Part shown: positions 49,445 through 64,000 of the stretch, piece after piece
Numbering within the stretch: position 1 is the stretch's first letter
How the letters are laid out: every line of letters starts with the position of its first letter
Assembly (NCBI RefSeq): GCF_006345805.1
Contig: NC_043002.1
Location: 97,092,001-97,156,000, forward strand
Source: Octopus sinensis
Lineage: Eukaryota
Length of the DNA stretch: 64,000 nucleotides
Direction: 5' to 3'
Program-made: the position numbers and the translations under genes
The notes under the pieces: model-generated
What the model saw: only the letters and a program-made list of their open reading frames with translations
Told to the model about the DNA's origin: nothing
Databases searched by the model: none

Positions 49445-49863
49445 AGGCGCAGGAGTGTTGTGTGGTAAGTAGCTTGCTTACCAACCACATGGTTCCGGGT
49501 TCAGTCCCACTGCGTGGCATCTTGGGCAAGTGTCTTCTGCTATAGCCCCGGTCCGACCAATGCCTTGTGAGTGGATTTGGTAGACGGAAAATGAAAGAAG
49601 CCTGTCGTATATATGTATATATATGTATAAGTGTGTGTGTATATGTTTGTGTGTCTGTGTTTGTCCCCCTAGCATTGCTTGACAACCGATGCTGGTGTGT
49701 TTACGTCCCCGTCACTTAGCGGTTCGGCAAAAGAGAACGATAGAATAAGTACTGGGCTTACAAGGAATAAGTCCCGGGGTCGATTTGCTCGACTAAAGGC
49801 GGTGCTCCAGCATGGCCGCAGTCAAATGACTGAAACAAGTAAAAGAGTAAAGAGTAAAGAGTA
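49445..49863 (+). mobile_element. SINE family B, full length
   Basis: AGGCGCAGGAGTG... head through the (AAGAGTA)n tail. Confidence 0.9.
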
Positions 49864-50620
49864 TTATAAAACATATTTTGTGGCACAAAATGATTTACTG
49901 CTGACGTTGAATCATTCTTGCTCATCAGATTTCATGTGTCGAGTCACGAACAGCAAATAAATTATACACACTTTGAAATATATATTAACGTAAGAAATTT
50001 AGAAATGTTAGCATAACTATATGTAAACATATACGCAGAAAATTAACAACTAGAATGTTAAAGTACCTTATATTTCTTATAGTACCTTATAGTTCTTAAA
50101 GTACCTTATATTTCTTACTAGTTTTAGGTATTCTACGATTAAGCTAAGTACTCCCTTGAATAAATTCACGCCTCATTTTTATGATTTTTATATCAACTAC
50201 TTACTCTATCGTTATCTTTGACTTAACCGGAAAATTAGTGGGACGTACACGAACCTACATCGGTGTTCCTGCAGGGTTGTGACTACCAAATTCCATTCAC
50301 ATCAAAGAAGAAACATTAGAAACGCACAATGGGATCAAATTCAAATGTTCACGACGAGGAACTAACAGTCTTATTTACAGTCGTAAATCCATTTAGTAGT
50401 TATAATATTAAAACTCTTTTGTGTGTTGTATTCTGAGGACAGAGGTATGATATGGGATCAATATTTACCTGTAAACTCACAATGAATGATCAGCTGTTTG
50501 CAATGATCAACGTTCACACGCTTCTAAACTGAATTACTTACAAATCAAACAGTGGAAACTGCCAGTATGAATACAACCAAGCGTACACAAACAATATACA
50601 TACATACATACATACATATA

Positions 50621-50652
<32 letters not shown>

Positions 50653-50693
50653 CATATATATGCATATATATATATATATATTATATATATATA

Positions 50694-50736
<43 letters not shown>

Positions 50737-51491
50737 TATATACATATATATATATACATATATATATACATATATATATACATATATACATACACACATA
50801 CACACACATATATATATATATATATACTCACACAAGGACATATGTACACAATGGCATCCACACACGCGTATGAATATATTTATCTGTCTTAATTTGTGTC
50901 TCTATACATAATATGTGCTTCCATATATGCGTTGGTGTGGAAGACGAAAAGCAGATTACGCCGGGTTTTTTTGGCATACTGCATAAGCTATGAACGGTTA
51001 CTTTGAGTGAAAGATAGTTAGAGATCGTCTTTTTGTGGTTATATTTTCTTCTGTGTTGTGGTGACAACATAATCACCTTTTACAAGGAATAACGTTAGCT
51101 ATGGAGAAGTATATTTCGGGCGGTGTCATCATAATATAAGCATCGATGTGAGAAGCTTACATTTTCTATGTGAAAGAATAAAGCTGTTATTTAGTTTGTA
51201 TATCAATAGAGGTCAGAGGAATGAGAAACATATGGAAATATTACACCGAAGTCCATAATGTGGAGATATGAACGGCATCGGCTTTTATTTCCTACTGTGT
51301 TGAAAGTGTTTTACCTTTTTTTAAGGTATTTCATATTGTTGCTGTCATAAATAGGCATGATGCACCCAACCGTGCCTCACCGGCATGAAGATGCATGATA
51401 ACCTTCGTTTCCATGCATTAAATGACATTTTTCATTCATATAAGGACGCACGCATACACATACATACATGCATACATACATACATATATAC

Positions 51492-51568
<77 letters not shown>

Positions 51569-52412
51569 CCGGAGTAAACACATAAATGTGAAACAAGGTG
51601 GAAAAAAGAGTACTCAAATACCAGTGGTAGAGTAATATGCTTTATTTAAAGCAGCAGAAAATTCAACAAAACCTGTTACTCTGAGTTTCCCGTTGCCGTT
51701 ATCGGACAGTTTTTGCTAGAAAAAACTGTCCGATGAACGGCAACGGGAAACTCAGAGTAACAGGTTTTGTTGAATTTTCTGCTGCTTTAAATAAAGTATA
51801 TATATATATATACTTTATTAATGAAGCTGCAAGGACATCACAAAAACCGTTGCTCAAAGTTTCACGTTCCCGTTCGTCGATAGATCGCCAAACTAAAGCT
51901 GTCCGACAAACAGGAACATGAAACTCTGAGCAACGGTGTTTGTGATGTCCTTGCAGCTTCATTAATAAAGCATATTACTCTACCTCCGATATTGAAGTAC
52001 TATTGAAGTATTTTTTCACCTTATTTCACATTTAAGTGCTTCTACGACCCCCTTCGGTCACGACACAGACCATGGGATTGCACCAAGAGGTTACTCTCCC
52101 AGACACAAGTCCGGGCAAGGTTGTTTATGGAAGACCAGCAGTCGCCCATGCATACCGGCCTCCCCTCTCCACGCCAACCGTGTTATCCAAGGGAAAGGCA
52201 AAGTCCAATACAGCTTGGCACCTGTGACACCGCAACTCATTTCTACAGCTGAGTGAACTGGAGCAACGAGAAATAAAGTGTCTTGCTCAAGAACTCCACA
52301 TGCAGCCCGGTCCGGGATTCGAACTCACAACCTCACAATCGTAAGCTCGACGCTCTAACCACTGAGCCATGCGCCGTCACTTTAAGTGCTTTAATTGCTT
52401 ACTCTGGTATAT
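51569..52412. mobile_element. Composite fold-back of Penelope-type ends: palindromes at 51640-51796 and 51813-51970, each arm with a hammerhead-like motif; SINE D nested at 52041-52380
   Basis: Arms readable directly; best motif on plus at 51722-51768: CUGU-CCGAUGA-ACG GCAA CGG-GAAA CUC A GAG UA-ACAG. Confidence 0.75.
52041..52380 (-). mobile_element. tRNA-derived SINE family D, full length
   Basis: Head GGCGCATGGCTCAGTGGTTAGAGCG...GAGTTCGAATCCC; 10-bp TSD TTTAAGTGCT at 52031-52040 and 52381-52390. Confidence 0.9.
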
Positions 52413-52699
52413 ATGGATATGTGTGTGTGTGTGTGTGGATGGATAGATAAATGCATGGATGGGTTGGCAGGATAGATGGATGGATTGTATAAATATGGAT
52501 GCGTGTGCATTTATAGATAGATAGATAGTTTTGCTTATAAGCTCACTTTTCCAACAGATAAGTTCTGTCGACACCAAAAGGATGAAAGGCAAAGAGGGCT
52601 CTGGTGAAATTTGAACCGAGGACATACAGATCAGGAAGACATGCCGCTGTGTGTTTTGTCCCACTCGCAAATGATTCTACTTTTAAATACTTCTTTCTA

Positions 52700-52905
52700 T
52701 TATAGGCACAAGGCCTGAAATTTTGGGGGGAAGGGAATAGACGATTTCATCGATCCCAGTACTTAACTGGTACTTATTTAATCAACCCCGAAAGGATAAA
52801 AAGGCAAATTCGACCTCGGCGGAATTTGAACTCAGAACGTAACGGCAGACGAAATACCGCTAATCATTCCGTCGGACGTGCTAACGTTTCTGCCAGCTCG
52901 CCGCC
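52700..52905 (-). mobile_element. SINE family C, full length
   Basis: AGGCACAAGGCC...GAAAGGATAAAAAGGCAAATTCGACCTCGGCGGAATTTGAACTC...GCTCGCCGCC. Confidence 0.9.
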
Positions 52906-53051
52906 GATAACAAGACACAACATATTCAGAACTACCTATTCATTCACCACCTACTCAGAAACCTTAATATCCACCAAGATATTCGAGGCTGCGTGCCCCA
53001 AAACTCTGCAAAATTTTCGTGTATGCAAATTAGCAATTGTTTTATGCTGCT

Positions 53052-53183
53052 GTCTTCTTCTTCTTCTTCTTCTTCTTCTTCTTCTTCTTCTTCTTCTCCC
53101 CCTCCTCCTCCTCCTCCTCTTCCTCCTTCTTCTTCTTCTCCCCCTCCTCCTCCTTCTTCTTCCTCTTCCTCTTCTTCTTCTTC
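53052..53183. repeat. (CTT)n/(CCT)n microsatellite
   Basis: Direct reading. Confidence 0.95.
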
Positions 53184-53489
53184 CAATCAGGACTCACGAC
53201 GTTAGCCACAAAGAATAATTTCTAATTCGAGCCTACTCTAAGCTACTAAGAATTATTTAAGAATGCGTGTGGCAACTTGGAGATCCACCCACCACATGTG
53301 ATAGACTGGCGGTTGCACGGGCGCGAAAGCTACGTTGTTATCCTCATTCCGTAAACGGTGGCTTTTAACGGGTGGAGAGCTGAACCATCCTGGGATACAG
53401 AGGATTCGCAATCTAGACTAGGGTCTGAAAGTTTACCACACCATAGTGGGTTACACAATGGTTCCTCTGTTTTGTTGCAGATGTAGGAA

Positions 53490-53658
53490 GAAACAGTGAG
53501 AGAAAGTAGTGGTGAAAGAGTACAGTGGGGTTCCCCCCACCCACGTGGAGCTTAGGTGTTTTTGCTCAGTAAACACTCACAATTCCCGGTCTGGGAATCG
53601 AAACAGCGTTCTTACGTCCGCGAGTCCGCTGCCCTAACCACTGGGCCATTGTGCCTCC
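53490..53658 (-). mobile_element. SINE family A, 5' part
   Basis: Matches the head of 48008-48397. Confidence 0.8.
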
Positions 53659-55571
53659 ACCTTATGCTGCTGTATAGTACATGTTGAGTAGAAGTTATAA
53701 TGTTGCAGCCATAATCGCAAGATTATAGTTTCGATTCCCGGTCCAGGAGCGGTGTGTTGTATTCTTTAGCATAAGACTTATTTCACATTTCTCCAGACGC
53801 TCACTTATAAATAATTAACACTGCGATTAATTGCTCCCCTGGTCACGACGAATGTTGATGATCCCTGTCACTTACACATTATGGTAACTGAGCAACTGGC
53901 CCTATAAGTCCTACGACTCGATACATTAGTATCCAAGTGAAGTCTTGTAGTCCAGTGGTTAGGATGGTCACTTACGCATGATCGTAGTTTTGATTCTCCG
54001 ACGGAACGGGGAAACAGTGAACAAGGTAAGTGCGTTGTGTTCTTGATCAAAACACTTCATTTCAGCTATAACTGTGTAATCCTGCGACGGAATGACGTCT
54101 CGTTCAGTGGGGAATGATTTGGGTCCGTCATCACATATTCGCTATGGAAGCTGATTAACTGACCCTTAACTGACCCTATGGGCCTTAAAACTTGGGACAG
54201 TCCATTTTCTTTTATCCCTTTGCCTCATCTTTACTACTATTTTGACAACAGTTTGGTGTCGGACACTAAATATTTTCCCCACATACGCATCTTCCCGTAG
54301 GTACTGTCCGAAGTACAAAACACTACCCTACTCACGAACATAGCCAGATTACTGCCAAAGGGTTTGGCCTCCACGCGGTCTGTCGAGCTACTAAGAGAAG
54401 TAGCCAAATCTCTCAAATTATATTACTTGCATATAAAAATAAAAGAACGAACGAAAACATGCATCAAGTGTTATCATATCTCTGGATGTATTATGTCCAG
54501 AATGAAAATGAAGTGATCAGAGTTTGACCACATTTATGAATGTTCTGCTCAATCAGAACTGACCTGCGGTTAAACAACAACATCTACTACTACAACTACA
54601 ACTACAACTACTGCTGCTGCTGCTGTTACTACTAATGCTACTTGACAGTAATAAAAATAAAAGATAAAGATCACAAATGTTTAAGTGTCTAAACTTATCT
54701 GATGTATAGATCAAGAGTGGGAACAGGATAAATGTAAATTGAAGGATTTTGTAGTCTCTATATTCAAAAGTAAATGAGCGTTGAATATTTGCAAGAATTT
54801 AGTGGTTTCCAATGGCAACAAGATTCCAGGAAGCATGCCAATATTTCTCCAATTTTGCATTTCATATTAGATAAGGCCTGATCGTTAAAATTAAAAACTC
54901 AGTTATTAACGAAGGAATTAACGAAGGACATCGTTAACAAAAGGGATTGCTGCTGTGCGGTATAGAATCGCACCTGAAACCATTATTCTTCCGGTTGTAA
55001 TTTGTATTCATCGTGAAATTAAACTTGTCTTTAAATTGATAACAAGATACAGGATTATGTACAATATGAGAGAAGTGTCGTTGTCGGGATGAAGCGTGTA
55101 AGACATAGCTGTATTAGTGGACTCTTGAGAAGATTAAACCACGTTGGATTAACATCAGCGGAGTTAACCTCAAAGCAACTTAACAGATTTTCTTCCATGC
55201 TCTTCACTCGCCAGTATTGAAATATTACTTCTTTCTACATAATGCGTGTATACTGAACTGATGCCAAGAGATTCTGCGCTCAGTGTTTTGTTATTTATTG
55301 CCTTTTAATGTGGTAAAACAGAATTGAATTTATGTATACTGTTATATAGAAGTGTAAGACAAAACTTGATATATGGTTCTATAGGGTTCAGATAAGAACA
55401 GAAATATATTAAATAAATTCTAGAAGAAAAGAAAATATAGTGTTTGATACATATAAAAATGGTCTTACGTTGTTCATCATTTATTTAAAGAAGAATATAT
55501 ATATAAACTGACGAATAAATAAGACGGCATAAATGTTTGTATAGATACCAACACACACATACACGCGTATG

Positions 55572-55610
<39 letters not shown>

Positions 55611-55682
55611 GTACAAGCAAACACACACACACAATATATATATAAGTATGGATGTATATAATATATATATATATATATATAG

Positions 55683-55729
<47 letters not shown>

Positions 55730-55878
55730 CGAGAGAGAGAGGGAGATAAATAGATAGATACATATAGATACATACATACACATATATGCATATATGTGGT
55801 GTTTGTTGTGTGTGTTTGAATCTATATAAGCATATATGCCGTTTTATTAATTTAATTATTATATATAAATATATCTAA

Positions 55879-55953
<75 letters not shown>

Positions 55954-56562
55954 GTGTGTGTGTATGTATGTATGTATGTATGTAAAAATGTCGGAGGGGA
56001 GGAAAAGGAGGGAGAGAAAACGGAGGATGAGGATGAGGAGAGATGAAGAAGAGCAACAACAACAACAACGACAACAACAATTAGGTATCTTTTCTATTCT
56101 GTAGTTTAAATACTAAATCCAAATTTTGTAGAATGCAGTGCTGTGAGCTATTTACACTCAAAAAATGTAATCCGAAATGAAAGTTATATTTAGTCTGAAA
56201 GTTTCTCTGAACGCCTTGGTTTTGCCTTATGGACATTATGTAAACGAATATATTCAAAGAGCGTTTTTTTATGGCCTGATAAATAGCAAATCTAATGTTC
56301 GCAATGTTAGAGTACATTTAGGTGTATAACTCTATCAGAAACGTAATTGTGCAATGGAATATATATATATATATATATTTGTATGTATTGCTCATTTTGG
56401 CTTCAATTGTTAGCATTTTTCTTAAATATACTTAAGTGTTATCTAAATATACTGATCTCGCTAGTGAAAAGAAGTCCCACGATTCCCTTCAAGTGGCAGT
56501 CTGTGCGTCTCATTCCAAGCAACAGCATAGACAGATCAACTAAGTTAGGTCGAGGGCAACAT

Positions 56563-56975
56563 TACTCTCTCTTTACTCATTTCTTCTTTTGTTTTAGTCA
56601 TTTGACTGCGGCCATGCTGGAGCACCGTCTTTAGTCGAGCAAATCGACCCCGGGACTTATTCTTTGTAAGCCCAGTACTTATTCTATCGGTCTCTTTTGC
56701 CGAACCGCTAAGTGACGGGGACGTAAACACACCAGCATCGGTTGTCAAGCAATGCTAGGGGGACAAACACAGACCCACACCACACATACGCATATATATA
56801 ATACCTATATACGACAGGCTTCTTTCAGTTTCCGTCTACCAAATCCACTCACAAGGCATTGGTCGGCCCGGGGCTATAGCAGAAGACATTTGCCCAAGAT
56901 GCCACGCATTGGGACTGAACCCAGAACCATGTGGCTGGTTAGCAAGCTACTTACCACACAGCCACTCCTGCGCCT
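56563..56975 (-). mobile_element. SINE family B, full length
   Basis: Near-identical to 49445-49863. Confidence 0.9.
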
Positions 56976-57321
56976 ATTACTCGCTTCTGTGTGTTCCATT
57001 TCAAACGTCTTGAGTAACCTGATCTGGACAGGGCAATACCTTGTCTTTTATTGACTGTATCTTTTAGAGGAGCCCCGTAACTGCTCTTGTAAAATGCGCT
57101 TTCACCGGTTTCTTTTCATGAAATGTTCCACTGTGTAGGTTAACTTGTATAGATGTGTATATGGATAAGAAAGCCTTCTTTTTTTCTGTCAAGGGCTTAT
57201 ATACCCCTTTATTAGGTGATCGCCATAAGCTTTAAGCTTATATAAAAATACCATTATTATTATATGCAGGATTGTAAAAACAGCGCCGTATAAAAATAAA
57301 AAGACATTCGTACCGAAAGCG

Positions 57322-57360
<39 letters not shown>

Positions 57361-57425
57361 ATTTATCTATATCTATATATTTATATAGATTGATAGATAT
57401 AGTATAATATATATATCTGTGTGTA

Positions 57426-57468
<43 letters not shown>

Positions 57469-57559
57469 TGTGTGTGTATTTATCTCTCTCTATATATTTA
57501 TATAGGTAGATAGATATAATATATATGTGTGTATGTATGTATGTATATAATTATATATA

Positions 57560-57646
<87 letters not shown>

Positions 57647-60600
57647 GTATGCGTGTGTGTGTGTATGTGTGTGTAATTTCAGTGCAAGAAATATTGTGGT
57701 GGTTGCCATGTAGTAACGCCAACAATTCAAGCAGAGGAATAAATTCTTGTTCTGCAGCAAAGAAAATGTCTAACAAATCCGGTCGAACACTTGGCCCTAG
57801 AGATATGAACTGTTTACTTCCGTTACTCGATAAAATTTTGGGTGTTGTAAGAAAGGAGAAAATTCAATATAAATGCGAGAAGTAATGGAGGAGAGACAGG
57901 TAATTGTTAGAAGATGATTCTTATGTCGTGAAGAGAATTAATGTTTGGAATTGATTCTTTGTTTTGGCGCCAGTCCAACTAAATCTCCATTCTTTTTCTT
58001 TGTAATGTTATCATAAAAACTTTGAGTTGTTAAAGTACATCTTTTATATAGATGACATATTAATAATATTCGATATCTAAATTTTGTATAAGATACAAAT
58101 TTGTTTGTTTGATTTGTACATGAAGCATTAAGTATGTTCTGACTCCATGGCGGTTAGGTTTATTCGATTCTAATATGTCTACACCCAGTAGCATGAGATA
58201 TAAGAATTTTACTTCATTAATATTGAGGCCATTAGTCTGATACCATTAATTTGATACTTAATGTGAATCTATGTATAGCGGACGAAATAAGATTATTAGG
58301 AAAAGGATAATAGCATGTTCAGATGACATATGCTCTTTATTTAAATTACACCTAGCTCCCAGTACTTATGCTTCGTTTTAACTTAGTTTTTATGATATAA
58401 AATAAGATTAAGTTCTATTATAACTTCATTCTATTACTGAAATAAATTTCGACAAACGACTAGCACATTTCACAGATACCATGTCCCACTCACAGCCACA
58501 TACTGTTATATACTTATGAACAATTGCTACTCAATGAGGGCGAGAGCAGTATTCTATTTTCGTTTCTCTTTAGCATGAATAATTCAGCTAAACACGGCGA
58601 TTGTGAATATATCAGAAAGCTATCGGCTGAATTCATCGAAAAGTTATCAATAGGTGCGTGACATCCTACAGGTGTCAAGTGTGGAGGTAAGAAGAAGTAG
58701 ATAAGACAGATTATGAACCAGTCAGTCATGTTGGCCATGTTACAATTACTATATGTGATAGAGAATGTATGTTAAGCAGATGATTTGTGGACACCTGTCA
58801 GCATAAAATACTTTGGTATTTCGCGCAGATCAATCATTTCAAATCTTCTTACTGCTAAAAGGCCACTTTTAACAACAAAGTTCTGTAAACATTTTAATTA
58901 AGTTATCTGATTACCTCTAGACATTCTGTCATTATTTTGATAAAGAATCTTTCCTCAGCAAGGAAGATTGAAGTAGAGATGACTGTATGAATGTGCTATT
59001 TTCTCCCTCTAGTTTTCTTCTTTTTTTTGGCTTTTAATATCTTACATTTTTGTCGATTTAAATTTATCTCACACGAGAGTTTAGTCGGTAAGGTGTACCA
59101 ACACAACTGCGTTCTCGTTTTGTAGCAGGTTTATTCAAAGATTAAGAGATAATAACTTACATTATCGAATGTAACCGAAAACAATGAGTAAATGCTAAAA
59201 CAAAAGAATAGTTAAGTTGGTAGGATAGAGGACATACACCACACATATATAATGCGCAAATGCTTAACACACATACACACGCAACAAGCAACATGTACAC
59301 ATACACTACAAATATACACTCACACACATATATGAATATTATGTATTATGTATGTATGTATGTGTATGTATATTAATGCTATAGAAGTTTCACATCCAGA
59401 ATCCTGGGTACAGGTTAGACGATAAAACATAACCGCAAACGAGCTGTTATCAGTAAGTTTCCGTCATGTTATCTATTAGGTGTTGATTGTGTAGATGATG
59501 TGTTGCATTATACTGCTTAGTATTGATTAGTTACAATATGTGTTGGGCAAATTCTGTTGTTTTAACGGCTGATTATTTCATAGAGTTTGTACTGTGTGTA
59601 GATGTATTATTTAAATAATGCTATTGAACTGAAAGTTTCTTGCGTAAGACGTAAGAAGCAGATTGTACCTAACAAGGCTATCTTTTGAATTGTGTATAAT
59701 GTCGTCAACCCCGGAATGTTTTCTATATTTTTCTTCATAATCTTTTTTAATTACACTTAGTGCTCCGATGATCATATGATAGCTTTTTATTAATTTTAAA
59801 TGTTAAGCCCTACTTCTTGCTTATTTCAGACGCAAGGCGTTTATAACCGAATACTTTCTATACCTCGACACGGACAGTACTTTTGGTCAGAAGAAACCCT
59901 GATGCCTATAAGCGTACAGGCATTTTTTCTTTATTCTTTTAATTTTTTGCCAGGATCTTTCCCCTAAATTTACTTGTCTATTTGGACTGTGTGACCAGAT
60001 AATTGTGACTGCGTTGTTGCCATGAATCGGGCTTGGTACGTGTCTATACAATTTCCCTGTCTTTACGCTGGAGTGCGAAGATAATCGCAGTATCATATTT
60101 CTGACTAAACTAGAAATAAAATGGGAAACCACTTCATTGTAGAATGAGCATACAAATGCTCTTTGCACACGTTCTGAAGCTGGCGAGAATGATGCAACTG
60201 ATGTTCTTCTTGACTATTTGTAAGCCAGTACCGTGTGAGAAAGATATATATGAGAACTCAAGAAATATCTGAACAATATTTTAGCTTGAAAATTAAGTTT
60301 GAATGGAAGAACTCTCATTATAATATCTAATTATATTTTACATTATAAACGATTATTGCATTTTTCCAAATTACTGTATTAGTCCCCACTGTGTGCTCCA
60401 TTTCTAACGTCTCGAGTGCCATAATCTGGATCGAGTAATTCCTAGTTTTTATTCGGATAGTATCGTTTAACGAAGTCCGTTGTTGTTCCCTTAAATTTGT
60501 TACCATCGCATTCATTTCATGACTTTCTACTTTACAAAATAGCAATAATGATTAGATTTTGTTCTGAATCATTGAGATATTCTTAATTAGGCATCGGAAT

Positions 60601-62699
60601 ATCATTATTCTATACTGGGTTGTTTGTTATCGTTATATGTAACACCCTATCCCTGTTATTTTGATTGTGGGCAGTAGTATACACTACGGGTATTATGAGC
60701 TTAGAGGTAGGTAACAATTTTCGAACAGGTGCTGTATGTTTAGAGGGATTGGTATCTTTCTTAGCAATAAATTTCTTAAACCAAATCAAAATACAATTTT
60801 ACAACATAATTTTAAAATACTGTTTACAATATAAATTCATATACATTTAAAAATCTTTCGCCGAGATTACAGTCTGAATAGTATGTTGTCTTATGAGTGA
60901 CCATAAACGTGACTGACTTCCAGTACAGTATTTTCCATAAATAGAGTGTACAAAAGGCCACCAGTTCGTGCAAACATTTAAAATGTGTTGCACACTGGTT
61001 CGGACAGAATAAGAACATAATAAGAAACCAAACCTCAAAATTGATTTCTGTTTGGTTAAATTAATGCGCTGTTTTGGGCGGGTCTTTTTATTGTATGTTA
61101 CAATTCGTTAAGATCTTAGCGGAAATGTTTTTTATGTAGTGTTTAGAAGTTTTTTACTTGGCTGAAAATACCTACATTTTGTTAGGGTATGTGTGTGGTG
61201 TGTGTGTGTGTGTGTGCATGCATGTATATTGTCTTTATACGTATATATACTAGCACCTACCTATTTATCTAGCAAAGTATGTTCCGATTTGCCTACTTAT
61301 AACTTTAGCCACCCTTTCCTAGCTACCAAACGAAAGAGCTATTTTCTGTCGTTGAATATTTCACTACGGAGTACATGGTTGAGAAAGCCTATGAAAACAC
61401 TGATAATAAACCATTGTACCAAAATAACTTCTGTTTGATTAAAATAATCTGCATTTTTATCGTTGGGCATGCGCAGAAGCGCTATTTTCTGACTGGGGAA
61501 GAAGAGATACAAAAACATTGAGAACTTCTACTCTCTGACCTCCCTACGGTATATTAGTGACACCATTTCGCCGTTCTATGTATTCTAACTTTTTAATTCC
61601 GTACATAGTCGTTTATATCCTTAATGGTCAACGCTGACAGGATCAATGAGCCCTTAGATAATATTCACCGTTGCAACTCCCATTTACTTTATTAGTTATT
61701 AACACCTCTCACGGTTTTATCTCAAAGCATTCTTAAAACTCACGAGCGAGTTGATATCATCTCTAATACCTTTTATCTCGTATTTAGTCTGAATCGCATT
61801 AAATTAATGCAAAACACATTTCATCGAAAGTAAATCCCGAATGACTGCTTCGTTTGTAATCTCAGTTTTGTATTCACTGCATTCTCACATCAGGTATTTA
61901 TCACTTATCCCATACACGATTTCGACCACGCCCTAGTTTCCATATCCACTCTAACAGAAGAGCTCTATCTTTTTTTTTTTTTCATTCAAAATGAAAGGCA
62001 TTCAACAAAAAATGTTTTCGGTAACCACTTTAAGCCTCGACAAATCTATATTACTGTATTCCTAATATTGAAGCTTTAACAAAAATTACATTTTCATGTT
62101 GAATAAGGTTTTCTAAAACTATGCAAGATGCAAAGAAAAACATTTCAACGTAAATGTTGGCAAATTTAATCATATAATAGTAGTTATATAATGATTTGGC
62201 ATGGAAAACATACGTTTTATGAGCTTTTATATATTTCATTGCTCAAATATAATGTCACTATTTCTTATTTAATGGCTTGCGTAATGTATTATAGCTGAAC
62301 AGCTTCAATACATGTAGGCGTTTGTTTGTGTACGATTTGGTTTCTGTTTTGTATTAGAAGATTTCTCTTAAAACTACAGGCAAGAGGAAAATAAGTCAGA
62401 ATCTCAAATTACTGTTAAAACATTCGTATATATGAAGTAAAGATATGCTGTCAGAAAAGCAGAAAAGGCGACTTTGCGACTGAAGACGACCACAAAAATA
62501 AATTAAATCTATATAAGCCCACCACCGTAACACCACTCAACCAGAAGTAATCGATTAATGTTACACTGAAAATAAATACGAAATTTCAAGATTGAAAATT
62601 ATTTTTATGATAAGCTCTGCAATAGGTAAAATACTAAAATGTACAGACAGGTTTACATTAAAAATATAATTTTTCCTTTTTCCTTTTATGGAAATTGTA

Positions 62700-62849
62700 T
62701 AAAGCTTTCTTTTATTCTTTTCCTTATTTCAGTCATTAGACTGCGATCATGCTGAGGCACCGCTCTGAAATGTTTTAGTCCAACGTAAATATACCAACAC
62801 CGGTTTTCAAGCGGTGGTGGGAGCAGACACAAGCACAAAGGCACACACA

Positions 62850-62870
<21 letters not shown>
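62700..62870 (-). mobile_element. SINE family B, diverged 3' half
   Basis: TTCAGTCATTAGACTGCGATCATGCTG...CCAACACCGG...CAAGCGGTGGTGGG. Confidence 0.6.
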
Positions 62871-62880
<10 letters not shown>

Positions 62881-63714
62881 GCGCGCGCATATATATGTGG
62901 GTGTATGTGTGAGTTGAATAAAGTTAAAACATAGTCTGGTTTTCACGGTTTTTATTACGGTATTTTAACAAAATTAGCACTTACATACATAGTGCACTCA
63001 TAAGATTTCAAATGTGTTTAACTGACAGTTGAGTTCTTGACAACTTTAATACCTCTTAGAACGTTCCGACCAGGTGAATTTTCAGAATACCTTTTTGATC
63101 AATCCGCATTGCTCTTAAACATCACGGTTTGTCAGGCGACGCGATATTCTGTAACTTGTTTATATTCCTTAATCCACCTCATTAACCGGTTGTTATATTA
63201 TTGCTGTTATTTCCATTCAGAACAGGTCTGAACATTTTAATAAACCGTTTTTCTTTTATCTTTCTTCCAACCTCACTTGTGTCATGCAGTTTGTGGAAAG
63301 GAAAAATTAGTAACAATTTCAGGTCACCTGTCTTTATATGTCCGCTCAATGGAATTTGGCGCACATTGGTCTTCCGGATTTGTTGTCTGTGGACTCGTGA
63401 ACGTTCCGATAATGCATTCCATGTCTCGCCTATATATAGTTGGAGCGTTCTAAGAGGTACTAAAGTTGTCGAGAACACAACAGGTCAATTAAATACATTT
63501 AAAATGTTATGAGTACACTATGTATGAAAGCGCTGATTTTGTTAAAATACCATAAGAAACGCGAAAACCAGACTGTTTAAACTTTATTCAACTTATATAT
63601 TATTCTATACACATTCACACAATTTCGAAACAATATATAATATATATATATATATATATATCCGTGTCTACACCACTTGTCTTCGTCTCTTTTGTGTGAA
63701 TTCTCCCTATATAC

Positions 63715-63772
<58 letters not shown>

Positions 63773-63778
63773 ATATAT

Positions 63779-63812
<34 letters not shown>

Positions 63813-63869
63813 CATACATATATATATATACATATATATATGTATGTATGTATGCATGGATGTATATAT

Positions 63870-64000
63870 ACGACGGAGTGCTTTCAAATCGACAAGGTTT
63901 TGATCGGCTCGAGGCTATAATGGAAAACATTTGCCCAAGGTGCCACACATTGGGATTGAACCCGGAGCCATGTGGTTGGGAAGCAAGATTCTTACCACAC
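63870..64000 (-). mobile_element. SINE family B, 5' part, cut by the window end
   Basis: ACATTTGCCCAAGGTGCCAC...GAACCCGGAGCCATGTGGTTGG. Confidence 0.75.

Noticed and set aside
61464-61478. NRF1-like GGGCATGCGCAG as a promoter hint
   Set aside because: Isolated motif; no CpG-rich promoter or downstream gene is visible.

Overview
Eukaryotic, very AT- and microsatellite-rich genomic DNA, almost certainly from an octopus (inferred from the tRNA-derived SINE families and microsatellite load), with one 100-N scaffold gap. The only intact host coding sequence is an intronless RASD/DIRAS-like (Rhes-type) small GTPase on the minus strand (42550-43257). The rest is SINEs, decayed LINEs (Tx1/L1, R4/Dong-like and other RLE, L2/CR1), Helitron, mariner and Penelope-like remnants. 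The main discovery lies ~750 bp upstream of the GTPase ORF: a 3.6-kb array of a ~478-bp unit (44007-47600). Every full unit carries an identical, complete type I hammerhead ribozyme fold (7 copies; stem I GUUCUG/CAGAAC, core CUGACGA...GAAA, palindromic stem III, AUA cleavage triplet). The array has two divergent arms (2 ribozymes on minus, 5 on plus) and sits inside a (TA)n tract. This is the architecture of a retrozyme-like element that could release ~478-nt, probably circularisable RNAs. At least ten further dispersed hammerhead-like motifs occur at Penelope-type element ends, including variants with a compensated U3-A8 core, U6, or C4. All ribozyme calls are hand folds; no activity data or database searches were available.
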